Position numbers and translations under genes: made by a program
In this document: one piece after another, positions 10,851-20,127 of the stretch
How the letters are laid out: each line of letters starts with the position of its first letter
Position numbering within the stretch: position 1 is the stretch's first letter
DNA from: Cyanophora paradoxa CCMP329
Taxonomy: Eukaryota > Plantae > Glaucophyta
DNA length: 20,127 nucleotides
Assembly: GCA_004431415.1 (NCBI GenBank)
Contig: QPMI01000677.1
Span: 1 to 20,127, forward strand
Direction: 5' to 3'
Notes under the pieces: model-generated
Told to the model about the DNA's origin: nothing
The model's database searches: none
Seen by the model: the letters and a program-made list of their open reading frames with translations, nothing else

Positions 10851-11208
10851 GCGATCGCCGAGCAATGAGAAGGCTCTATGCGCGGGGCAGATCTAGCGAT
10901 CCAATTGAATAGAGAATCTCTATGCGAGCAAGCTCGCAGCGCTACGGGAGGCGGGCACGCACTGCAGGCGTTGGCGTTGGCTGGTGCGACGAACTTGAAG
11001 CAGCTCCTGCGCAAGCGATCGCCGGTCAGAGCGCGGGGCAGATCTAGCGATCCAATTGAATAGAGAATCTCTATGCGAGCAAGCTCGCAGCGCTACGGGA
11101 GGCGGGCACGCACTGCAGGCGTTGGCGTTGGCTGGTGCGACGAACTTGAAGCAGCTCCTGCGCAAGCGATCGCCGGTCAGAGAGCCTTCTCATCGCTCCG
11201 GCGATCGC
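10851..11208. repeat. 27/28 bp inverted repeat pair enclosing the 151 bp repeats
   Basis: Left arm 10851-10877 is GCGATCGCCGAGCAATGAGAAGGCTCT. The reverse complement of the right arm 11181-11208 is GCGATCGCCGGAGCGATGAGAAGGCTCT (1 gap, 1 mismatch). Present in every unit. Confidence 0.9.
10880..11181 (+). repeat. 151 bp direct tandem repeat, two copies
   Basis: 10880-11030 equals 11031-11181 (GCGCGGGGCAGATCTAGCGATCC...GCGATCGCCGGTCAGA). Also two copies at ~5560-5855 and 16221-16522, but only one at ~362-509. Confidence 0.95.
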
Positions 11209-11751
11209 TAGGCCTGGTACGAGTACTCCGGGCGATCGCCAGCGCGAACCGTCGGACGACGGACGCGGCGCCGGCGATCGCTTGAAAAAGGCCCCGGCCA
11301 GATCCGAGCCCACGGCCGGCGGGCATAGTGAACATAGTGCCAAAATTTCGCTCCGAAAACACGCTTTTTAGAAGGATCGGAAGAAAGCGCGCCAGGCAGG
11401 TCCGAGGGCGGTTCCGGACGTACCTACTGACTCAGAGCTGCTTGCGCTGGGCCGCCGGGCGACGCCATGGTTGAGAGATCGAATCCCTGCGCGCCGCCTT
11501 ACAGCGCGGAAGGGCGACGGCTGCAGAATTCGATGATGTGAACCTCGGACAAGCGAAAGCGTGTAGCTAGCGCGCCGCCGGCGCCGCGGGTGAGCCGATG
11601 AAGCGAGCGATGTGTACTCTCTCGTGCGCCGGGCGCGGCGAAGTCGCCTGCGGGGCGGGCGTGGCGCCGCGGGCTGAGCACGGCGCGCGCGCTGCGAAGC
11701 GCTATGCGCGAGCTTTGCGCGAGCTTTGCGTCGACGCGCGCGCCTCACTTT

Positions 11752-11835
11752 CGAAGGTCGGGGTACCCCCCGACTCATTCCCCCCTAAACTTGGGGGCTC
11801 GGTGCTTAAAAGCGAAGGCTCTGGGGTACATCGAC
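11752..11835. other. Hairpin/direct-repeat module ~50-130 bp downstream of the stop codon
   Basis: CGAAGGTCGGGGTACCCCCCGAC, then CCCCC-TAAACTT-GGGGG, then CGAAGGCTCTGGGGTACATCGAC. Also at ~1085-1170, ~6420-6503 and ~17108-17192. Confidence 0.5.
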
Positions 11836-11884
11836 GAAATTTGACTTGCTCCACAAAATTGCAAGGCGCTCAAGAACTCTACGC

Positions 11885-14800
11885 TCACTGGAAGTTCAAC
11901 TGCGGCCCTACAAACTGCTTGCACCGCTCCACTAGCTCATCTAGTCTACCTGGGTCAGCAAACCGATCCTCCTCGGCCACTAGCGGCTTGCGGAACCATT
12001 CTTTCGCAACCGCAACAAATGGTGCGCAGTCCATTGGGCTGCGCTGGTGGTGCCCGGCGCATACCACCCGACCCCATCGAGGCGAGAAAAGAATCTCGAG
12101 CACGCGGTCAGCTCGGCATCTTGCCTTGAGATGGAGCAGGTCGTGTGGAAGGTCATATCATGCACAGGCTCCGAGAGCTGAAGAGGGCCTGCACTAATGC
12201 AGCGGCGTGACTCTTGATGTGACTCTGCTCGTATATATATGAGCTCGAGGCAATCAGCAAGAGTGGTTACTGATATCCATGGACAGAAAAAAGGAAACCA
12301 CAAGTAGAAAAAGGAAGAGGCGCACGGCCAGTGGTCCCACTCGAGATTGGTGAAGCCCCGGAGGAACCATTTGCCTCCGGTGTTGTTCCCGGTACATCAA
12401 GCCTGCACTTGACTGGAGACGCTGCAGCGCGCGGCACCTTGCGTGGCCGTGCACTCCAGTGCACCGTCGTTTGGCGGTAGGCGAGCCAGCTTCTCGACGT
12501 ACGCACGTGCTGCGGGGCTCGCTGCCCTCGCGTCCCGTATCGCGGTTGCGACCACGGCGATGCTCCCCCGTACCGATCTGGAGCCTCCTTCCTCCCGTGA
12601 CATTGCAGGGAACCAGTGCAGTTTCGCCTTCAGGTATTGCTCAGCGCGTTGAAGTATCGGTTCTCGGTGTGTTCGCCACGCTGCGACGCGCCCAAGTCAG
12701 AGCACGTTCAGCGGGAAAGGGAAATAAGAAGGAAAAGAAACAAAGGAAAAGAAAGAAAGAGAAGGGGGGTACGCGACCGTCTGTACAAGCAGGACAGGAT
12801 GGGTGTCGGAATAGGCCGCTCAGGTGTGCCTAGCCATAGAGGCTTGTTTCCTCGTGTATGGCGGAGGCACATACGCCTCAACATCGATGTCCACATCGAC
12901 AATTGTCCCGCGCCGTTTGGCTGAGTTTTTCTCGTGAGCTTGAGCATTTGCGATAACCGTTGCTCGTACCTGTTGGACTTTCCGTGTAGTTCTCCTGTAT
13001 GCCGTCGCGCCGAGTTCGTCCACCTCGGGGTACTCCTCTCCAGAGTCGTTGCCCCCATTCAGCATCCGTGTTGACGCTTAGCACCTGTACCTGTATTTCT
13101 CCTGCACCGGAATTAGAGTTCAGTAACCCCTTCTGTGGCGTCGTCTTCGTACCCCTCGCACGCACCGCCAGCTCTGGCTTCATGCGGCCGGGTGAAGAGC
13201 TCGTTCGCCGGCGCTTCGTGGTGGAGAACGGCAGGGTTTCCCATTGCCTCGTGGCACGCCTGTGGAGAACGGCAGGGTACGCGCATCAGCTCCACGTGTC
13301 GGGGGGGGGGGGGGTACGCGTAGCGAAGGGGGGGGGGGGGGGGGGGGGGGTAGTCGAACCTCCATTGGACTTGGCGCCTGTTCGGGAGCCGGGCCTGGGT
13401 CTTGACCTGCTTGCCGCGCGGCCTCCCACGCTGCTCGCGCGCCGCCTTGCGTTGCCGTGCTCCTCGTCGTCGAATGCCTTGGCTAGATCTACAAGGCCTT
13501 TGAATATGAGCTGGTTGGCAATTGTCGCCCACCGCCGAAAACGCGATTTGCGGACAAGGTCTGAAGATAATGCCGACTGATATGCTGCTTGCCGGCCCTG
13601 CAAGAAGGCGAAGAAGCTCCTTGCCGCTCTTCCGAACAGCCTGCAGGACCTGCACATCGCTTGCAATCTTGCCGCCACGACCGACATCCCTGTTGCCTCC
13701 GTACGCGTTGCACTTCCGAAGAAGCTTCTTCACCTCCGGGTACGACACGAGATCGTCCTGCGCCTTGCGCTTCCGCCCTTTCCCACGTGGCAACTCTTCC
13801 ACCAACGCGGCCTCTGCAGCTGCTGCTGCAAGCTCCACACATGCATGAAGCCTGCGTCGCCATTGGTAAGAAAAAAACTTTACCCCCCTCCGCCCCCCCC
13901 CCCCCCCCGGATGCATACCACAGCTGGAGTGATTCGCCTTCCCGTGTCTGCTGCTGTGCTGCGTGCACTGATTGAGCGAGACTGCGGAACTGGCCCTTCA
14001 TTTCTTCCTTCGTGCCAAGTACATTGCTTGCTGGCTGAGCCCGAGAGTCGCTTGCATACGCAGAAGGTTGATTTCAGACTGTCCGTTTGTGACCTAATAT
14101 AAAATTAAGAACATGTTACGAAAAGACAGAGCATGAAAGCATCGTGCACCTCCATGAAAGCATTTGCAAGACCTTGTGCCCGTGCAGGCTCACGGTCCAA
14201 CTCAGCGTCTCTCCTGGCCGCAGGGCCAGAAGCTGTGTGAGCACAGCAGCAGCTGAGCGGATCTCGCCATCATCAGGGGCTGCATCACATTTCGGTTTTC
14301 AAAATAGAATGCAGTGATTTGAAGGGGACGTACTGTAGAATCGAGTGATGAATTGCTCGATCGCCCGTAGAAGAACACCTCTATCCAGAGCGATAGGAAC
14401 TCTTCGATTCAACAGCGTATGATCGTTTGTCATCGCTAGTACTTTGTGTCATCCTTGCCCTCCTGAAAGTCCAGAGACAAGATGACCTGACCGGGCAGCA
14501 AGTAAGCAGAAGAAGCACGAGGCAAGCTGGCATGGACACGTGCCAGATCTATCTCTCGCAGTCGTCTCTCACGGATGTAGATCTTGTTGGTATAGAAGCT
14601 CGTCACCCGGCCTTTAGCCAGTCGTAGTGCCTGGCTCGAAGGTCCGTATCCACTGCAAACTCACCGTGCGCCCTGGCACGCCAAGGCCCAGAAATGCACA
14701 CTGTGCCTGCAGTGAGTGCCGTGCTTCAACTGGCCAAGATAGATAGATGCTTACGTCCATATCAATGAGCTCATCGAGTTGAGAAGAGCTTGAGGTATCT

Positions 14801-15984
14801 TCCTTGTCGCCAGCAGCTATATCAGCATCTGGATGAGGGTCGGGACCGGTGCGCTGAAGGCTTGGCGATTCGAGTGCGACCTAAATGCAGTATCTCATGG
14901 CGAATCTCAAGCTAAAGAAGATCGAGGACGCACAGTGCTCATGAAGTGCTTCAGAGCATGGAGATCCTCCAGTGTCCGTGTCCGGTTCTTTGCTGGTTCA
15001 CCTCGAAACTGCAACCGACAAGCGTTCGCCTGAGCTTGCCGAGCCGCTTCTGTCACCTGGATAAGTTGGTCTTAGATTCCATTCGATCAATTCTTTGAGC
15101 TGCAGAGCACCTCATCAAGCCAATCAAACAACTCTGAAATTTGGGGCCTCGAAACGCTCCCTTTGTGCCCACAAACAGGTTTGCGCAGTGCACGCAAGCA
15201 TCTGGCAGGGGGCAGGTCGACGATGATGTCCTCCACAATAATGCACTTGGGGGTCCAGATCTGCAAACATGATAAGACAAAGAGGCGGCGTGCAGATTTC
15301 ACAGAGAAACGCACAGATCTCGAAGGGTGCATGTGCTTGTCGCCTTCTGCCAGCGCCACCAGCGTCGCCGCCCGCTGCGCCGTCCAGGGCGCCACCCGCC
15401 GCGCCGCCTCCCGTGCCGCCTCCCGCGCCGCCTCCCGCGCCGCCTCCCGCGCCGCCTCCCGCGCCGCCTCCCGCGCCGCGCACCGGGCCGGGGGGAGGGG
15501 GAGGGACAGGGCCGGGGGGGGGGCGGGCCCGGGGGAGGGGCGGGGCCGGGGGAGAGGACGGGCCCGGGGGGAGGGGCGGGGCCGGGGGGGGGGGGGGGGG
15601 GGGGGGGGGCGGGGGGGAGGGCGGGCCCGGGGGGGGGCGGGCCCGGGGGGAGGGGCGGGGCCCGGGGGGAGGGGCGGGGCCGGGGGAGGGGGGGGGGGCG
15701 GGGGGAGGCGGGCCCGGGGGAGGGGCGGGCCCGGGGGGAGGGGCGGGCCCGGGGGGAGGGGCGGGGCCGGGGGGAGGGACGGGCCCGGGGGGAGGGGCGG
15801 GCCCGGGGGGAGGGACGGGCCCGGGGGGAGGGGCGGGGCCGGGGGGAGGGGCGGGGCCCGGGGGAGGGGGAGGGGCGGGGACAAGCTCAAGGCCGGAGCC
15901 GCCCCCGAGGCCGCCCACGAGGCCACCACCCGCCGCGCGGCCCGCCAGAAGGGGGTTGGGAGATGAGCTGGAGGTCCACTCCAT
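11885..15984 (-). CDS. Copy 3 of the same multi-exon gene
   Basis: Same structure. ORF 15124..16092 reads exon 1 intact (MEWTSSSS...PPPGPA repeats...AGGG repeats...AHAPFEI). ORF 11885..12103 is the end of the last exon. Confidence 0.8.
15402..15478 (+). repeat. 12 bp tandem repeat (GCCGCCTCCCGC)n encoding AGGG repeats on the minus strand
   Basis: About 6 units in copy 3; degraded by read errors at ~4803-4870 and ~10131-10203. Confidence 0.85.
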
Positions 15985-18900
15985 CTCTTCCTCCCCAAAG
16001 AGTGTGCTCCTGGGGTCGACATGCTGCGCAGTCGGGCATAAGACACCGAAAAGCAGCGATCGCTTGGCCAATGAGAAGGCGGTGGACGTCAAGCCCGCGG
16101 CGACCGTTAGAACTGAGAACCCAGAAGCGATCGCCGGCCCAGCAGCTCTTTGTTAGAGGTCGGACTCGCTGGGTATGGCGCCGAACACAAAGCGATCGCC
16201 GAGCAATGAGAAGGCTCTATGCGCGGGGCAGATCTAGCGATCCAATTGAATAGAGAATCTCTATGCGAGCAAGCTCGCAGCGCTACGGGAGGCGGGCACG
16301 CACTGCAGGCGTTGGCGTTGGCTGGTGCGACGAACTTGAAGCAGCTCCTGCGCAAGCGATCGCCGGTCAGAGCGCGGGGCAGATCTAGCGATCCAATTGA
16401 ATAGAGAATCTCTATGCGAGCAAGCTCGCAGCGCTACGGGAGGCGGGCACGCACTGCAGGCGTTGGCGTTGGCTGGTGCGACGAACTTGAAGCAGCTCCT
16501 GCGCAAGCGATCGCCGGTCAGAGAGCCTTCTCATCGCTCCGGCGATCGCTAGGCCCTGGTACCGAGTACTCCGGGGCGATCGCCAGCGCGAACCGTCGGA
16601 CGACGGACGCGGCGCCGGCGATCGCTTGAAAAAGGCCCCGGCCAGATCCGAGCCCACGGCCCGGGCATAGTGAACATAGTGCCAAAATTTCGCTCCGAAA
16701 ACGCTTTTTAGAAGGATCGGAAGAAAGCGCGCCCAGGCAGGTCCGAGGGCGGTTCCGGGACGTACCTACTGACTCAGAGCTGCTTGCGCTGGGCCCGCCG
16801 GGCGACGCCATGGTTGAGAGATCGAATCCCTGCGCGCCGCCTTACAGCGGCCGAGGAAGGGCGACGGCTGCAGAATTCGATGATGTGAACCTCGGACAAA
16901 GCGAAAGCGTGTAGCTAGCGCGCGCCGGCGCCGCGGGTGAAGCCGATGAAGCGAGCGATGTGTACTCCTCGCGTGCGCGGGCGCGGCGAAGTCGCCTGCG
17001 GGGCGGGCGTGGCGCCGCGGGGCTGAGCACGGCGCGCGCGCGCGCTGAAGCGAACGCTATGCGCGAGCTTTGCGCGAGCTTTGCGTCGACGCCGCGCGCC
17101 TCACTTTCGAAGGTCGGGGTACCCCCCCGACTCATTCCCCCCTAAACTTGGGGCTCGGTGGCTTAAAAGCGAAGGCTCTGGGGTACATCGACGAAATTTG
17201 ACTTGCTCCACAAAATTGCAAGGCGCTCAAGAACTCTACGCTCACTGGAAGTTCAACTGCGGCCCTACAAACTGCTTGCACCGCTCCACTAGCTCATCTA
17301 GTCTACCTGGGTCAGCAAACCGATCCTCCTCGGCCACTAGCGGCTTGCGGAACCATTCTTTCGCAACCGCAACAAATGGTGCGCAGTCCATTGGGCTGCG
17401 CTGGTGGTGCCCGGCGCATACCACCCGACCCCATCGAGGCGAGAAAAGAATCTCGAGCACGCGGTCAGCTCGGCATCTTGCCTTGAAGATGGAGCCAGCG
17501 GTCGTGTGGAAGGTCATATCATGCACAGGCTCCGAGAGCTGAAGGAGGGCCTGCACTAATGCAGCGGCGTGACTCTTGATGGTGACTCTGCTCGTGATAT
17601 ATATGAGCTCGAGGCAATCAGCAAGAGTGGTTACTGATATCCATGGACAGAAAAAAGGAAACCACAAGTAGAAAAAGGAAGAGGCGCACGGCCAGTGGTC
17701 CCACTCGAGATTGGTGAAGCCCCGGAGGATAACCATTGGTTGCCTCCGGTGTTGTTCCCGGTACATCAAGCCGGTGCACTTGACTGGAGACGCTGCAGCG
17801 CGCGGCACCTTGCGTGGCCGTGCACTCCAGTGCACCGTCGTTTGGCGGTAGGCGAGCCAGCTTCTCTCGACGTACGCACGTGCTGCGGGGCTCGCTGCCC
17901 TCGCGTCCCGTATCGCGGTTGCGACCCACGGCGATGCTCCCCCGTACCGATCTGGAGCCTCCTTCCTCCCGTGACATTGCAGGGAACCAGTGCAGTTTCG
18001 CCTTCAGGGTATTGCTCAGCGCGTTGAAGTATCGGTTCTCGGTGTTCGCCACGCTGCGACGCGCCCAAGTCAGAGCACGTTCAGCGGGAGAAGGGAAATA
18101 AGAAGGAAAAGAAACAAAGGAAAAGAAAGAAAAGAGAAGGGGGGTACGCGGACCGTCTGTACAAGCAGGACAGGATGGGTGTCGGAATAGGCCGCTCAGG
18201 TGTGCCTAGCCATAGAGGCTTGTTTCGCCTCGTGTATGGCGGAGGCACATACGCCTCAACATCGATGTCCACATCGACCAATTGTCCCGCGCCGTTGTGG
18301 CTGAGTTTCTCGTGAGCTTGAGCATTTGCGATAACCGTTGCTCGTACCTGTTGGACTTTCCGTGTAGTTCTCCTGTATGCCGTCGCGCGCGAGTTCGTCC
18401 ACCTCGGGGTACTCCTCTCCAGAGTCGTTGCCCCCATTCAGCATCCGGTGTGTTAGAACATCTGACTTGGAGCCCATCTGTTCCAGCACTGCAGCCACTT
18501 GCTTCAGAGCCTGAAAGCTGTTCTCCGCTGCGCGACCTGTACCGTATTTCTCCTGCACCGGAATTAGAGTTCAGTAACCCTTCTGTGGCGTCGTCTTCGT
18601 ACCCCTCGCACGCACCGCCAGCTCTGGCTTCATGCGCAGCCGGGTGAAGAGCTCGTTCGCCGGCGGCTTCGTGGTGGAGAACGGCAGGGTTTCCCATTGC
18701 CTCGTGGCACGCCTGTGGAGAACGGCAGGGTACGCGCATCAGCTCCACGTGTCGGGGGGGGGGGGGGTACGCGTAGCGAAGGGGGAGGGGGGGTTGGAGG
18801 GGGGGGGTAGTCGAACCTCCATTGGACTTGGCGCCTGTTCGGGAGCCGGGCCTGGGTCTTGACCTGCTTGCCGCGCGGCCTCCCACGCTGCTCGCGCCCG

Positions 18901-20127
18901 CCTTGCGTTGCCGTGCTCCTCGTCGTCGAATGCCTTGGCTAGATCTACAAGGCCTTTGAATATGAGCTGGTTGGCAATTGTCGCCCACCGCCGAAAACGC
19001 GATTTGCGGACAAGGTCTGAGAAGATAATGCCGACTGATATGCTGCTTGCCGGCCCTGCAAGAAGGCGAAGAAGCTCCTTGCCGCTCTTCCGAACAGCCT
19101 GCAGGACCTGCACATCGCTTGCAATCTTGCCGCCACGACCGACATCCCTGTTGCCTCCGTACGCGTTGCACTTCCGAAGAAGCTTCTTCACCTCCGGTAC
19201 GACACGAGATCGTCCTGCGCCTTGCGCTTCCGCCCTTTCCCACGTGGCAACTCTTCCACCAACGCGGCCTCTGCAGCTGCTGCTGCAAGCTCCACACATG
19301 CATGAAGCCTGCGTCGCCATTGGTAAGAAAAAAAAACTTTACCCCCCTCCGCCCCCCCCCCCCCCCCCCGGATGCATACCACAGCTGGAGTGATTCGCCT
19401 TCCCGTGTCTGCTGCTGTGCTGCGTGCACTGATTGAGCGAGACTGCGGAACTGGCCCTTCATTTCTTCTCCTTCGTGCCAAGGTACATTGCTTGCTGGCT
19501 GAGCCCGAGAGTCGCTTGCATACGCAGAAGGTTGATTTCAGACTGTCCGTTTGTGACCTAATATAAAATTAAGAACATGTTACGAAAAGACAGAGCATGA
19601 AAGCATCGTGCACCTCCATGAAAGCATTTGCAAGACCTTGTGCCCGTGCAGGCTCACGGTCCAACTCAGCGTCTCCTGGCCGCAGGGCCAGAAGCTGTGT
19701 GAGCACAGCAGCAGCTGAGCGGATCTCGCCATCATCAGGGGCTGCATCACATTTCGGTTTTCAAAATAGAATGCAGTGATTTGAAGGGGACGTACTGTAG
19801 AAATCGAGTGATGAATTGCTCGATCGCCCGTAGAAGAACACCTCTATCCAGAGCGATAGGAACATCTTCGATTCAACAGCGTATGATCGTTTGTCATCGC
19901 TAGTACTTGTGTCATCCTTGCCCTCCTGAAAGTCCAGAGACAAGATGACCTGACCGGGCAGCAAGTAAGCAGAAGAAGCACGAGGCAAGCTGGCATGGAC
20001 ACGTGCCAGATCTATCTCTCGCAGTCGTCTCTCACGGATGTAGATCTTGTTGGTATAGAAGCTCGTCACCGGGCCTTTAGCCAGTCGTAGTGCCTGGCTC
20101 GAAGGTCCGTATCCACTGCAAACTCAC
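15880..20127. repeat. Tandem unit copy 4 (partial, runs off the window)
   Basis: Colinear with about positions 17-4070 of copy 1, plus a second 151 bp repeat. Confidence 0.97.
17242..20127 (-). CDS. Copy 4 of the same gene, 3' part (5' end outside the window)
   Basis: ORFs 17242..17835, 18739..19320 and 19761..20069 overlap exons of the reconstructed gene. Confidence 0.78.

Larger units (their letters stand above)
10715..11281. promoter_or_regulatory. Cluster of GCGATCGC palindromes upstream of the gene (putative protein-binding array)
   Basis: Perfect octamers at 10715, 10786, 10851, 11015, 11166, 11201, 11232 and 11274. I saw no perfect copy in the 4.1 kb gene body. Function is inferred. 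Confidence 0.55.
10542..15879. repeat. Tandem unit copy 3 (~5.34 kb)
   Basis: Colinear with the other copies; has a garbled ~80 bp gap near 13070-13090. Confidence 0.97.

Noticed and set aside
10715-11281. GCGATCGC as cyanobacterial HIP1
   Set aside because: HIP1 is dispersed genome-wide, including in genes. Here it is confined to the spacer, and the gene has spliceosomal introns.
10715-11281. CRISPR array
   Set aside because: The recurring motif is only 8-13 bp, spacing is irregular, two intervals are duplicated, and there are no cas genes.
11324-11339. CACTA transposon terminus (TAGTG)
   Set aside because: No matching opposite terminus outside coding sequence and no recognisable En/Spm transposase.
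13070-13092. ~80 bp deletion in copy 3
   Set aside because: The junction sequence is garbled rather than clean, so a low-quality read segment is more likely. It cannot be excluded as real.
1218-20127. Pseudogenisation or programmed frameshifting of the gene copies
   Set aside because: Indels sit mainly in homopolymers and are inconsistent between copies, as expected for long-read error. The shared stops lie within predicted introns.

Overview
The window is a head-to-tail concatemer of one ~5.3 kb unit, about 3.8 copies (anchor GACAAGCTCAAGG at 17, 5230, 10542, 15880). Copies differ almost only by homopolymer indels, which is typical of a raw or unpolished long read. The ORF track is fragmented by these errors and by introns. 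Comparing copies and reading the minus strand, I reconstructed one intron-rich eukaryotic gene per unit. It spans ~4.1 kb with ~14 short spliceosomal introns (46-102 nt, GT-AG plus one or two probable GC-AG) and encodes a ~1,050 aa protein I do not recognise, with a Pro/Gly-repeat N-terminus and a basic NLS-like patch. The 1.1-1.25 kb spacer holds 7-8 GCGATCGC palindromes whose extended 13-mer switches orientation about a central point. It also holds a copy-number-variable 151 bp repeat bracketed by 27/28 bp inverted repeats, and a hairpin flanked by direct repeats just after the stop codon. The unit may be a single-gene circular or rolling-circle element, or a homogenised tandem gene array, from a GC-rich microbial eukaryote. 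The sequence alone cannot distinguish these.
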